Source of the DNA: Actinobacteria bacterium UBA7524
Lineage (GTDB): Bacteria; Actinomycetota; Coriobacteriia; Anaerosomatales; UBA912
Reading direction: 5' to 3'
Assembly: GCA_002478275.1 (NCBI GenBank)
Contig: DLMY01000017.1
Location: forward strand, 1 to 32,251
DNA: 32,251 nucleotides
Positions 15,169 through 24,223 of this stretch are shown in pieces (within the stretch, counting starts at the first letter, position 1; each line of letters opens with the position of its first letter). A program made the position numbers and the translations under genes. A model generated the notes under the pieces. The model did not search any database. It saw only the letters and a list, made by a program, of their open reading frames with translations, and was not told the origin of the DNA.

Positions 15169-16257
15169 ATGGCTGAAGCATGGATTATCACCTGCGACGA
15201 ACGCCGGGCCGGAGCGCTCACGACCGGTGTGTCCGAGGCAGGCGTCGTACTCGCCGGAACGACCATCGCCAATGTGGACACGCTGAAGGACGCGGGCGGC
15301 ACTGCGGCAAACGCCGGGGTAAGCGTGCTCGTCCTCGATGCCGCGAGCAGTCCCTCAGAGGCCGCGGTGCGCTCGACGATCGCCGCGGTGCGGCTCGTGC
15401 GCGGCGATGCGGTGCGCATTGTGCTCGTCGTTGACAAGTTCACGCGTCCCGGTGAACCTCTCGTCGTCTCAGCGCTGAACGACGGAGTCAGAGACATCGT
15501 TGCCTCGGCGCCGAGCGAGCTTGCAGCCACGCTCGCGATGGTGCTCTCGACCGAGACCAGCTACGCCGACGCGATGCGTTGGCGAGGCGAGGACGCACCG
15601 GCTCCAGCTAAGAGCGGCTTCATGTGGCCCACGGCATCGGCCAAGCCGCAGGTGGTGGAGCGCGTCGTGGAGGTCGAACGCGTCAAGTGGGTCGGAACGC
15701 CGGTCGTGACCGTCGCCGGAGCACAGCACCGTGTGGGAACGACGCATCTCGCGCTGTCTCTCGGCCGTGTGCTGCAGGCGCGAGGGCTGCGAGCGGCCGT
15801 GATCGTGCCGACTGTCACGCTGGCGGCGCTCGGGGATACCTACGAGCTCGATTTCGAGGGACTGGGCCGGGGGCAGCGCGCCGACTTCGACGGACTGACG
15901 CTCGCGAGCGATGTCACACCGGGGGATCTGACCGGTGCCGAGATCGTCGTGTGGGACACCGGCGTCTACGCGGACTCTGCGCACATCTTCAAGCTCGGAG
16001 CGGTGCGCTGCCTGGTGTTCGGCGGTTGTGAGTGGGAGCTCGGTGCAATAAGCGAGATCGTCAGCAGCGAGCCTGAGGACGTGATCGCCGACTTCACCTA
16101 CTGCGTGACGCTTGCGACCGAGGAAGACTTCGCGCTGTGTGTCGAGGATCTGGCGGGCTTGTCGTGCGTGCAGATCGCCTTCCCGAGTGACTGGAAGGAC
16201 GGGACCGCGCGCGCTGACCTCGCTGCGATCGTCTCCGCGATCGGGCGGGAGGACTAG
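15169..16257 (+). CDS. Receiver-like domain plus degenerate MinD/CpaE-like P-loop protein
   Basis: N-terminal alpha/beta receiver-like pattern ('VLVLDA...ALNDGVRDIV'); 'VVTVAGAQHRVGTTHLALSLG' deviant Walker A lacking Lys; 'IVVWDTG'. Confidence 0.6.
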   Translation: MAEAWIITCDERRAGALTTGVSEAGVVLAGTTIANVDTLKDAGGTAANAGVSVLVLDAASSPSEAAVRSTIAAVRLVRGDAVRIVLVVDKFTRPGEPLVVSALNDGVRDIVASAPSELAATLAMVLSTETSYADAMRWRGEDAPAPAKSGFMWPTASAKPQVVERVVEVERVKWVGTPVVTVAGAQHRVGTTHLALSLGRVLQARGLRAAVIVPTVTLAALGDTYELDFEGLGRGQRADFDGLTLASDVTPGDLTGAEIVVWDTGVYADSAHIFKLGAVRCLVFGGCEWELGAISEIVSSEPEDVIADFTYCVTLATEEDFALCVEDLAGLSCVQIAFPSDWKDGTARADLAAIVSAIGRED

Positions 16258-16259
16258 CG

Positions 16260-16571
16260 ATGCTCCCCGCCCGCCGTCCGCGCCTGGTGGCGCAGCGCCG
16301 TGACGCGGAGGCCCGCAGGACACGTGGCGCCGCAGAGCAGCGCGCCCGCGAACTTGAGGCGCGCAAGATTGCCCAGGCGATCGAGCGCGCTCGCGCCCGC
16401 AAGCGCCGGGCTGCCACCCCGCTCGCGCGGGCCCTTGAGACCGCTGGCGGATGGGTCCTGTCGATCCTCGGCGCGCTCGTTGTCTCGCTCGCGCTTACCT
16501 GGCTTCTTCGCCACCCGCAAACGCTCGACTCACTGATGAGCGCGGTGCGGTCGTTCCTGCGCCTCCAGTAG
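16260..16571 (+). CDS. Small basic membrane protein
   Basis: GGAGGA RBS; Arg-rich N-terminus and one TM helix 'WVLSILGALVVSLALTWLL'. Confidence 0.6.
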   Translation: MLPARRPRLVAQRRDAEARRTRGAAEQRARELEARKIAQAIERARARKRRAATPLARALETAGGWVLSILGALVVSLALTWLLRHPQTLDSLMSAVRSFLRLQ

Positions 16572-16672
16572 GGCGCCGCACGGATGCGTAAGGGGCCGCT
16601 GAGCACAAAGTCAGAGTCGGTCAGAGCGTTGACGTACGATTCCGCCGACAGGGAGCTCGAGGAGGAATCTCA

Positions 16673-17593
16673 GTGCGGTTCGTTCGTTCAGGAGTGGCCA
16701 CAGTGGTTGCGGCGCTGGTCTTCTGCGCGCCTGCGTTCGGCGCGGGCGCGCCAGTGACTCGTGAGGTCATCGGCGTAGCAGAGCCCGATGATGCGCTTTT
16801 TGCGTCTTCGGTCGAGGAGAGCGGCACGGTCTATGTGCTCGACACGATCGACTGGACGGAGCGGTTCGAACGTGACAGGAGCGTCTGGCACGAGGTCGAG
16901 TACGACTTTGGCGCGCAGGTAGGCCAGGTGGAGCCGCCGGCCACGCTCGCTGCGCTCTACCACGACAGGGTGACGGGGGTCACGGTCGATGCGTCGCTTC
17001 ACTTCGAGCGGCTGGTGAACGCCGGCGCGTCGACGCGCGGTCGGGAGATCGAGGTCTTCGTCCACACGAGCTACGACACGGCGGCCTATGAGCTCACGCC
17101 GGAGGTGCTGGCCCGCTTCGATGCGCCGACGCCACAGCTCGCCGGTGTTGAGGTCTCGCGGGCGCTCCTCGAGGCGCTGCACTACGACCCTGCGGTCTAC
17201 CGGCTGGTCGAGGCCTCATGGACAGGGCCGGCGCGCAAGGACGGGGACAAGACGGTCCGCGAGGCGAGCTACACCGTGGAGCGGATCGCCGAGGTCCAGC
17301 GGGCGGTCTACGGCGGGGACGTGGCCCTGCCGGACGTGCTCGTCCACGACGGGGTCGCCACCTACCGCGCCCCGACAGCGCTGGAGGCAGTGACCAAGAC
17401 AGCCGCCGAAGCAGTTGAGACGGTTGCCGATGATCCCACATCGCTCGTGCCGTGGATCGTGGCTGGCGGCGTTGCCGCGACAACGATCCTCGGGGCGGTC
17501 TTCTACTGGCGGCGGAGGCGCCGCCGGGCGCTCGACGAGGACGACATCAGCTTGGAGCCCGGTGACCCTGAAATGGAGGGCGAAGATGCGTAG
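16673..17593 (+). CDS. Secreted/surface protein with signal peptide and C-terminal membrane anchor
   Basis: GAGGAGG RBS; signal peptide ending AFG-A; C-terminal hydrophobic helix followed by WRRRRRR. Confidence 0.75.
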   Translation: MRFVRSGVATVVAALVFCAPAFGAGAPVTREVIGVAEPDDALFASSVEESGTVYVLDTIDWTERFERDRSVWHEVEYDFGAQVGQVEPPATLAALYHDRVTGVTVDASLHFERLVNAGASTRGREIEVFVHTSYDTAAYELTPEVLARFDAPTPQLAGVEVSRALLEALHYDPAVYRLVEASWTGPARKDGDKTVREASYTVERIAEVQRAVYGGDVALPDVLVHDGVATYRAPTALEAVTKTAAEAVETVADDPTSLVPWIVAGGVAATTILGAVFYWRRRRRRALDEDDISLEPGDPEMEGEDA

Positions 17594-18302
17594 GCACCCG
17601 GTACTGGTCTCTGCTGTTCTCACCGCGCTCGTGTGTGGCGGCGTGATCGTGGCTGCATCCTTGAGCGCGCCAGACGCCGGGGGCGCCGTCGCTGCGGCGG
17701 GTGCCTCGCCAGATCCCGCGTCCTCCGCCGTCCCCGGGTATGCGATCTACTGGGACGAGTGGCCGGATACGGTGACAGCAGCTCCTGCCGAGGTGGCCGA
17801 GTCCCCCGAGACCGTCGTAGCCGTCGCGGCGCCGGAGACGTCGCCCCCAGCGGGCGAGACCGGGTCCGCGAGCTCATCGGGCAAGGCGGCCGCGCCGTGT
17901 CCGAGCAAGCCCGCTCCCGCACCTGAACCCGCCCCGGCCCCTGCGCCGGCCCCTGCACCGACGCCTGCACCCGCTCCTGCGGCTCCCGAGGTCATCGGCG
18001 GGTACGGCGCGTCGATCGCGAACTACATCAACCCGTCAGCGACCTATGACAGCGCACTCCAAAGCCAGTGCATCGCCCAGGCGAAGCGCATGGCGCTCGC
18101 CTCGGCGCTATCGCACTCGAGCTACGCCCCGGAGAGCTGCGCCAAGTTCGGCGACGGCATGACAGCGCTCGGCGGGGGTGGGGGAGGCGTGGCCGGCGCA
18201 CTCTACGGTCACTGTCCGCAACTCGGCTCGTGCTCACGCCTCGGCGTGGGGCTCGTGCTCTACAACGGTACGCTCTGGGCTGTTGCGCAAGGCGGCGAGT
18301 AG
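17586..18302 (+). CDS. Membrane-anchored Pro/Ala-linker protein with C-terminal CAP/SCP-like domain
   Basis: GGAGGG RBS; N-terminal TM; (PA)n linker; 'DSALQSQCIAQAKRMA..SALSHS...SRLGVGLVLYNGTLWAVAQ' resembles a CAP fold. Confidence 0.6.
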   Translation: MRRHPVLVSAVLTALVCGGVIVAASLSAPDAGGAVAAAGASPDPASSAVPGYAIYWDEWPDTVTAAPAEVAESPETVVAVAAPETSPPAGETGSASSSGKAAAPCPSKPAPAPEPAPAPAPAPAPTPAPAPAAPEVIGGYGASIANYINPSATYDSALQSQCIAQAKRMALASALSHSSYAPESCAKFGDGMTALGGGGGGVAGALYGHCPQLGSCSRLGVGLVLYNGTLWAVAQGGE

Positions 18303-18305
18303 CCC

Positions 18306-21248
18306 ATGCACACACGGACACTCACCACGCGCGTGCTCCTCATCCTCGCGCTGCTCTGTGGGTCGGCGGTCGCTTTGCCCGGTACGGCTTCGGCGGCCAC
18401 CGTCTCGACGGGCGGCGCGGGGACGTCGTACTACGACGCCTACTACTCGGGCTCATGGCACGATCTCCAGACGCCGCCGCACACGGTTGACGGGCAGGTC
18501 GCATACTGTCTCGAGCAGGCGAAGGACTTCCCCCTCAACAACTCGACGTACGGCCTGTTCGACCCGGCCGCGCTCTACAACTTCAATACCTACGTTGGTT
18601 TGCAGTCCATTCTTCACCGGGGGTATCCGTACGTGACCCCGGCCGGCCTGACCGAGACCCAGGCGCGCTACGCTACCGCGAACGCCATCCGTGCGTGGAT
18701 GCGCGAGGCGGCCGGCGTCGGCTACACGTTCATGGACATGAGCACCTACACGCAGGACGCTGCGACATGGTCGCGGTTGCGGCCGGCTCCGGGGCTCGGT
18801 GGATCCGAGCAGATGTTTCGCTGGACGATTGACCTCGTGACTGGCGCGCGCAACCGCGTACTCCCGGCCCGGAGCGTGAGCGCCGCGGCCGTCACGCTCC
18901 GACCGAACGCGGACTACACGCGGCTTGTCGGCCAGACGACGGTGTCGTTCAACGACCTCAACGGCTATTACACCGTCGCTGTGCCCGCCGGGGTCACCGT
19001 CACGGGCTACTCGAGCCATGCCGGAGACGTGCTCACCGTCTCCGTGCCTTGCAGCGCAGCCTGGATTGGCCGCTCGGTCTCGCTCACTCTCTACGGGTAC
19101 GACAGTCGTGTTCCAGCGAACATCTTCTACTACGCCCCTGGTGACACGTCGTACCAGCGGGTCGTATCTGCCCAGGCTTCGAGCTTCCAGGTCTCTGCTT
19201 CGGCCGCAGTTCCCGTTGGCTCCGGCTCGGGTGCTTTACGAATCACCAAGACCGATGTGGTCGACGGCGCACCACTGGGCGGCGCTGTCTTCGAGATCCT
19301 CTGGAACAGCACCGTCGTCGCTTCGGGCACGACGGACGCTGCGGGGGATCTCACGTTCACCGGGCTTGCTCCTGGCACCTGGACGGTCAGGGAACAGACC
19401 GCTCCGCAGGGCTACCTGCTCGACGTGACGCCGCATTCAGTCACGGTGCCCGATGGCGGCACCGCCACGCTCGAGCTCACCAACGAACGCGCCTTGCGGC
19501 CTGTGCGCGTCACCAAGACCGACTCGCTCACGGGCGCGGCCCTCGGGGGGGCCGCCTTCGAGATCCGCCAGGGCGTCACCGTCGTGGAGACGCTTACCAC
19601 GGGCGCTGACGGCACGGTGACGTCGGCACCCCTTCCCTTTGGTGACTACACGCTTGTTGAGACCGTGGCGCCGGCGAACCACATGCTCGACGCCACACCG
19701 TATCCGTTCACGATCAACGCAATCTCACCCGTCGTGATACAGATAGCGCGGACCGACCAGCCCTATCGCCCGATCACGCTCACTAAGACCGACGAGCTCA
19801 CAGGGGCGGTCCTTGAAAGGGCCGTCTTCGAGATCCGCCAGGGCGTCAGCGTCACGGAGACGCTCACCACCGGTGCTGACGGCACGGCGACGTCGGCACC
19901 CCTTCCCTTCGGCGACTACGAGCTCGTGGAAGTGACAGCGCCGACAGGCTATGTTCTCGATACCGTCGTGACCACATTCACCGTCGATGCGGCTTCATCT
20001 GCGGCCTTCGAGTTCACACGCACCGATTCGCGCGTGCGCGGCACTGTGCGGCTGGAGAAGCGCTCGGACGGGCAAGACGCACGGCTTCTCCCGGGTGCGG
20101 TCTACGAGATCTGGCGCGTGCGCGATACATCGCCGCTTGCAGCACCGTTCGATCCGGCCGAGGACCCGACGGATCCGGTCGCCACTCTCACGACCGACGC
20201 TCAGGGCGTTGCGCGATCCGAACCGCTCGAGTACGGCTGCTATTACGCGATAGAGACGACCGCGCCCGTGGGTCACGCACTCAATCCCACGCGGCACTAC
20301 TTCGAGATCCGCGAGGACGAGGCCCTCATCTCCCTTGATCTCACCGACGAGGTTCTGCCGGTGAACCACGGCGGGGTGATGCTGCGCTACCGGAACATCT
20401 GGGATGGCACGGAGATCGCCAAAGCGTGGGGCTACAACGCTGAGATTGGCACCGAGTACATGCCGCGTGTCCGGGCCGAAGGTCTCGACAAGATGCCTAT
20501 CGAGGGCTTCTCGTACGTGACAGCCGACTACGCACCCTATGCCGAGCTCGTCGACGGCAAGCTGCTGGTCACGTACTGGTACCGGCAGACCGTCTCCGGC
20601 GACTGGCTCAAGGTCCGCACCGGCGACGACGGCCGAGCACGGCTCACGGCGCAAGACCGCGAGACCTACGGACTGCTCTCGAATGCCGAGCTCTACTCGC
20701 GACTCCTTGAGGCGAAGGTCGCGAACCCGGATGTGATCGGCTACCTCTCGATACCTGGCACCGACCTCCATGAGCCGGTGGTGCAGACGACGGACAACGT
20801 CACCTACCTCACACACGAAGCAGACGGCGATGCCGACGCGCGAGGAGCGATCTTCGCCGACTACCGCTCGCCGCGCTATGCTGGCGACAGCTCGCACGCG
20901 ACGCTGCTCCACGGCCACAACATGCGGGACGGCTCGATGTTCGGCGTTCTCGCCTCCTATGGGGACGCGGACTTCTGGGCGGCGCACCCCTTCATCCAGT
21001 ACGTGGATGCCGCCGGCAACGGCGGGACGTGGCTCGTCTACTCGGCGCGTGTGGCCGATGGCTCCGACGATGCGTTTGCGTTCCCGGTCACGCGGCCGTA
21101 TGCGGATCGCATTGCGCGATGGGCGGATCGCTCGTTCCTGGATCCCGGCTTCCGGCCGGATCCCGCCGGACGTACGCTCACGCTTTCCACGTGCGCGTAT
21201 CACGTTGAGGACGGGAAGTTGCTGGTGCATGCGGCGCTGATCGACTAG
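18306..21248 (+). CDS. Adhesin-sortase fusion: thioester domain + 4 SpaA/Cna-B isopeptide domains + MucBP-like domain + class B sortase
   Basis: Signal peptide; 'VAYCLEQ' thioester motif; four 'K.D...L.GA.FEI...TT...G...L..G.Y...E..AP.GY.L' units; 'VMLRYR...IEGFSYV...VTYWY' MucBP-like; SrtB motifs 'IGYLSIPGT..EPVVQ..DN..YL', 'GAIFAD', 'HGHNMRDGSMFG', 'LTLSTC'. Confidence 0.85.
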   Translation: MHTRTLTTRVLLILALLCGSAVALPGTASAATVSTGGAGTSYYDAYYSGSWHDLQTPPHTVDGQVAYCLEQAKDFPLNNSTYGLFDPAALYNFNTYVGLQSILHRGYPYVTPAGLTETQARYATANAIRAWMREAAGVGYTFMDMSTYTQDAATWSRLRPAPGLGGSEQMFRWTIDLVTGARNRVLPARSVSAAAVTLRPNADYTRLVGQTTVSFNDLNGYYTVAVPAGVTVTGYSSHAGDVLTVSVPCSAAWIGRSVSLTLYGYDSRVPANIFYYAPGDTSYQRVVSAQASSFQVSASAAVPVGSGSGALRITKTDVVDGAPLGGAVFEILWNSTVVASGTTDAAGDLTFTGLAPGTWTVREQTAPQGYLLDVTPHSVTVPDGGTATLELTNERALRPVRVTKTDSLTGAALGGAAFEIRQGVTVVETLTTGADGTVTSAPLPFGDYTLVETVAPANHMLDATPYPFTINAISPVVIQIARTDQPYRPITLTKTDELTGAVLERAVFEIRQGVSVTETLTTGADGTATSAPLPFGDYELVEVTAPTGYVLDTVVTTFTVDAASSAAFEFTRTDSRVRGTVRLEKRSDGQDARLLPGAVYEIWRVRDTSPLAAPFDPAEDPTDPVATLTTDAQGVARSEPLEYGCYYAIETTAPVGHALNPTRHYFEIREDEALISLDLTDEVLPVNHGGVMLRYRNIWDGTEIAKAWGYNAEIGTEYMPRVRAEGLDKMPIEGFSYVTADYAPYAELVDGKLLVTYWYRQTVSGDWLKVRTGDDGRARLTAQDRETYGLLSNAELYSRLLEAKVANPDVIGYLSIPGTDLHEPVVQTTDNVTYLTHEADGDADARGAIFADYRSPRYAGDSSHATLLHGHNMRDGSMFGVLASYGDADFWAAHPFIQYVDAAGNGGTWLVYSARVADGSDDAFAFPVTRPYADRIARWADRSFLDPGFRPDPAGRTLTLSTCAYHVEDGKLLVHAALID
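19512..19970 (+). repeat. 270-bp-period direct repeat (recently duplicated SpaA domain)
   Basis: TTCGAGATCCGCCAGGGCGTCA and GACGTCGGCACCCCTTCCCTT are each present twice, 270 bp apart. Confidence 0.8.
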
Positions 21249-21259
21249 ACGCCGACGAC

Positions 21260-21288
21260 CGCCGGTCGGGGGAACACCTCGGCCGGCG
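21260..21288 (+). terminator. Terminator-like hairpin ending the surface-protein operon
   Basis: CGCCGGTCGGGG...CCTCGGCCGGCG stem, 11 nt after the stop. Confidence 0.6.
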
Positions 21289-21379
21289 CTCTTGCGAGGT
21301 GCGTGTCATGAGCGAAGCGTGTAGTTTCAACTGCTAACCGAACATCTGACCGTGCTCAAGCGAAATCCGCTCACCTGTC

Positions 21380-22597
21380 CTACTCCCATCGCTTCAGAGC
21401 TCTCAGGGCCTCGGTCAAGTCCTCTGCCACGACGAGCCGATCGGTCTCAAGCCACTCGTCTAGCCCTAGAAGGTCGTGATTCCATGGTTGGCTGACGAGG
21501 ATTGCGCGACCGTCTCCTTTCGCCAAGAAGTCAGCGATATTCGACGGGTAGTCGTCGACCAGGTAGTCAAGCTCCGCGAGCGACTTCTTCCCAGGGAAGA
21601 CATGGAGAAGGCAGTCGTAGGAGTTCAGGCCGTGCCAAGTCAACCAGTGCTTCGTGAGCTCATTGGTTGACTCAGGTCGCGCCGTGACGATTAGAACGCG
21701 ATGCCGACCGGCTACACCGTTTATCAGCGAAGCAGCGCCAGGTCGTACCGGCATGCTGAGAATGTAGTCCTTGTGACCCAGCGCCTCTTCGATTTCCGTC
21801 TTGATGTCATGCTCGTCATCAAGCTTGCAGTCCCATGCCGTGATATCGCTCGCCCTCAGAACGAGTCCGTACTTCAGTCGAACGCGTTCCAGCACGCCGG
21901 CTATCTGATCTGCGAGGACGCCGTCAATGTCGATTCCGACGGTGCTTCGCCGCCGCCGCTGGTTCTTCTTCAGAGCCTTCTCGAGAGGGCGCACAAACAG
22001 CCGGTAGAGGACCATCAGTGCTAGCGCGGCGGACAGGAAGACACCATTCTTGCCCGGTGTGCTGGGCGCTGTGGCGCCGTACGCCGCGGCGAGCAGCGTG
22101 AAGCTGATGAAGCCGATGCCCAGTGAGATCAGGCCGCTCGCCCGAGGGCCAAACACCATCTTGCGCAGCACACCGGCCACCGTGTAAGCAACGAACACCA
22201 AGGCCAATGTCTCAAGATAGGGAAGGACTGTCGCTGACGGGTTCACAGCGATGCCTGGGACCAGTAGAGCGAGGCGGGCATAGAGCGCCACGATGCACAG
22301 GTCCACCACGATCCGCAGGTACTCACGGGCGACGGGCCACCAGGTGAGTGGACTGTTGTGCACAACATCGGAATCACGAGAGAGCAGGTAAGGGTTTGCG
22401 GAGGTGGTGCGATGCCAGTCGATCCAGCTCAGAACGGCTGTGATGAAGACCCCCAGCAGGGCCATGCTCGCAACCGGAGATTGGCTTGGCTGGAGGAATA
22501 CATCCTTGTTGGTCACCAATCCGTCCCCGAGAACCACAGCAAACAACACCTGCACCATGGTGACCATCTGCTGCGAGAGTGCTTCATCTCGGTTCAT
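21380..22597 (-). CDS. Multi-pass membrane protein fused to HAD-family 5'(3')-nucleotidase (NT5C-like)
   Basis: About 6 hydrophobic helices at the N-terminus; HAD motifs DIDGVLAD, IVTAR, K, LVDD and 'QPWN'; GGGGGA RBS. Confidence 0.8.
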   Translation of the reverse strand: MNRDEALSQQMVTMVQVLFAVVLGDGLVTNKDVFLQPSQSPVASMALLGVFITAVLSWIDWHRTTSANPYLLSRDSDVVHNSPLTWWPVAREYLRIVVDLCIVALYARLALLVPGIAVNPSATVLPYLETLALVFVAYTVAGVLRKMVFGPRASGLISLGIGFISFTLLAAAYGATAPSTPGKNGVFLSAALALMVLYRLFVRPLEKALKKNQRRRRSTVGIDIDGVLADQIAGVLERVRLKYGLVLRASDITAWDCKLDDEHDIKTEIEEALGHKDYILSMPVRPGAASLINGVAGRHRVLIVTARPESTNELTKHWLTWHGLNSYDCLLHVFPGKKSLAELDYLVDDYPSNIADFLAKGDGRAILVSQPWNHDLLGLDEWLETDRLVVAEDLTEALRALKRWE

Positions 22598-23107
22598 GTG
22601 ATTCCCCCGACTCCCGTCGCTGGTTCACTCCGAATGATGCCACTTGCTGACGCGCCGTGGCGCTTCGGGCTGTCCCGGTCGGATCCCCCGCCCGCAGACC
22701 AGACGATACGCGTGGAGGGCCCGACCGGAGCTTGAACTCGCACTCGTGAGAATCATCGGCTGGTACAACCCATCGCAAGCGCCGCTCGCGCATGGTGATC
22801 AGGCGGCCGGCGCCGTTCCAGGCACTCGAGCGATACAATCAAGAAGTCGCCACGCCATCTCCGGCATCCAAATGAACGAGCCGGCGTGAAGCCACGGGCG
22901 TTCCATGTCGCCGGGTTGGTCAGTCAACGCGGCATTTGAGCCGGTCGCGTTGTCAGACGCGACCTCTAGCATTGTTCTGACAGTGTCTGCTTTAGCGGTC
23001 GGTCGCAGATCGGTGAGGCCATCTCGGCCTCGTCGCGGTTGCCGCGACACTGGTACTGTCACAAGTGACCAATAGGCAGCAACCTAGACCACGGGGGATC
23101 AGGCCGT

Positions 23108-24223
23108 ATGCTTGATGATCGCAAGATGCACGAGGAGACCGCGTCAATAGCCGAGACGGGTCATCTCGAAGACAACGTAGTTGCCGATGCCATCTCGCAC
23201 GAGTCTCTGGGAGAGGCAGAGGGCGACCCGCAACTGGCATTCCGCACCGCGCTCGGGCGTGCGTTCAAGGGCGATTCCGCAATCGCACTGCCGAGGCTCG
23301 TGGCCCCCGAATCCGTGGACTTGATCATGACGAGTCCGCCGTTTGGGCTGGTTCGCAAGAAGCAATACGGGAACGTCGATGCTGATGACTACACCGACTG
23401 GTTCAGGGACTTTGCGGAGGCATTTACCAAGGTTCTGAAGCCGACCGGCAGCTTGGTAATCGATCTCGGAGGAGCCTGGAATCGCGGTCAACCGACCCGA
23501 AGCCTGTATCACTTCGAAGTGATGATCATGTTGTGCCGTGAGTACGGGTTTCACCTGGCCCAGGAGTTCTACTGGTGGAATCCAGCCAAGCTGCCATCGC
23601 CCGCGCAGTGGGTCACGATTAAGCGGACGAGAGTCAAAGATGCGGTCAACTGCATTTGGTGGCTCTCGAAGTCTCCCAATCCGAAGGCATCGAACCTGCG
23701 GGTCTTGCAGCCCTATTCGTCAAGCATGCGCAGCCTGCTCAAGAACGGCTATCAATCGGGGACGCGACCCAGCGGACATGTGATTTCCGATAGGTTCGGG
23801 ACCGACCATGGCGGAGCGATTCCGCCCAACCTGCTCGCGCTCGCGAACACGGAGAGTAACGGCGCGTACCAGCGCTACTGTCGGCAGAACGGACTCATCG
23901 AGCACCCTGCGCGCTTTCCGGTGGGCATACCTGAGTTCTTCGTACGGATGCTGACCGACAAAGGTGACCTGGTGGTTGACCCGTTCGCTGGTAGCTGCGT
24001 CACCGGCGAGGCCGCCGAGGCACTTGGCAGACGGTGGGTTGGCATCGAGCTTCGCGAGGACTACCTATCCGGGGCAAAGGGGCGCTTTCCATCGCTAGAT
24101 GACCCCACTACAGTCGCACCTCCTGTTCGTCGCAGGTCGGAGCCGTACCTGGCCTTCCCGCCGAACGTCTTGGCTGAGGATCTCGATCGGCGTGCGGAAG
24201 AAGCTGGCGATGAACATGCGTGA
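23108..24223 (+). CDS. Beta-class amino DNA methyltransferase (N4-cytosine type, M.PvuII-like)
   Basis: Motif IV 'VDLIMTSPPF' precedes 'HPARFP' and motif I 'VVDPFAGSCVTG'. Confidence 0.92.
   Translation: MLDDRKMHEETASIAETGHLEDNVVADAISHESLGEAEGDPQLAFRTALGRAFKGDSAIALPRLVAPESVDLIMTSPPFGLVRKKQYGNVDADDYTDWFRDFAEAFTKVLKPTGSLVIDLGGAWNRGQPTRSLYHFEVMIMLCREYGFHLAQEFYWWNPAKLPSPAQWVTIKRTRVKDAVNCIWWLSKSPNPKASNLRVLQPYSSSMRSLLKNGYQSGTRPSGHVISDRFGTDHGGAIPPNLLALANTESNGAYQRYCRQNGLIEHPARFPVGIPEFFVRMLTDKGDLVVDPFAGSCVTGEAAEALGRRWVGIELREDYLSGAKGRFPSLDDPTTVAPPVRRRSEPYLAFPPNVLAEDLDRRAEEAGDEHA

Noticed and set aside
14205..15530. 441-aa minus-strand ORF (also 19995-21230, 25946-26914, 30458-32035 and similar)
   Set aside because: These are antisense shadows of well-supported genes in high-GC DNA and carry no motifs.
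17905..17990. Short-period GC-rich repeats as a CRISPR array or VNTR
   Set aside because: They encode the (Pro-Ala)n linker. There is no repeat-spacer structure and no cas genes anywhere in the window.
22598..23107. Small ORFs or ncRNA in the divergent intergenic region
   Set aside because: No convincing RBS, motif or recognisable RNA structure; only a short GTCAC-AA-GTGAC palindrome that is too weak to call.
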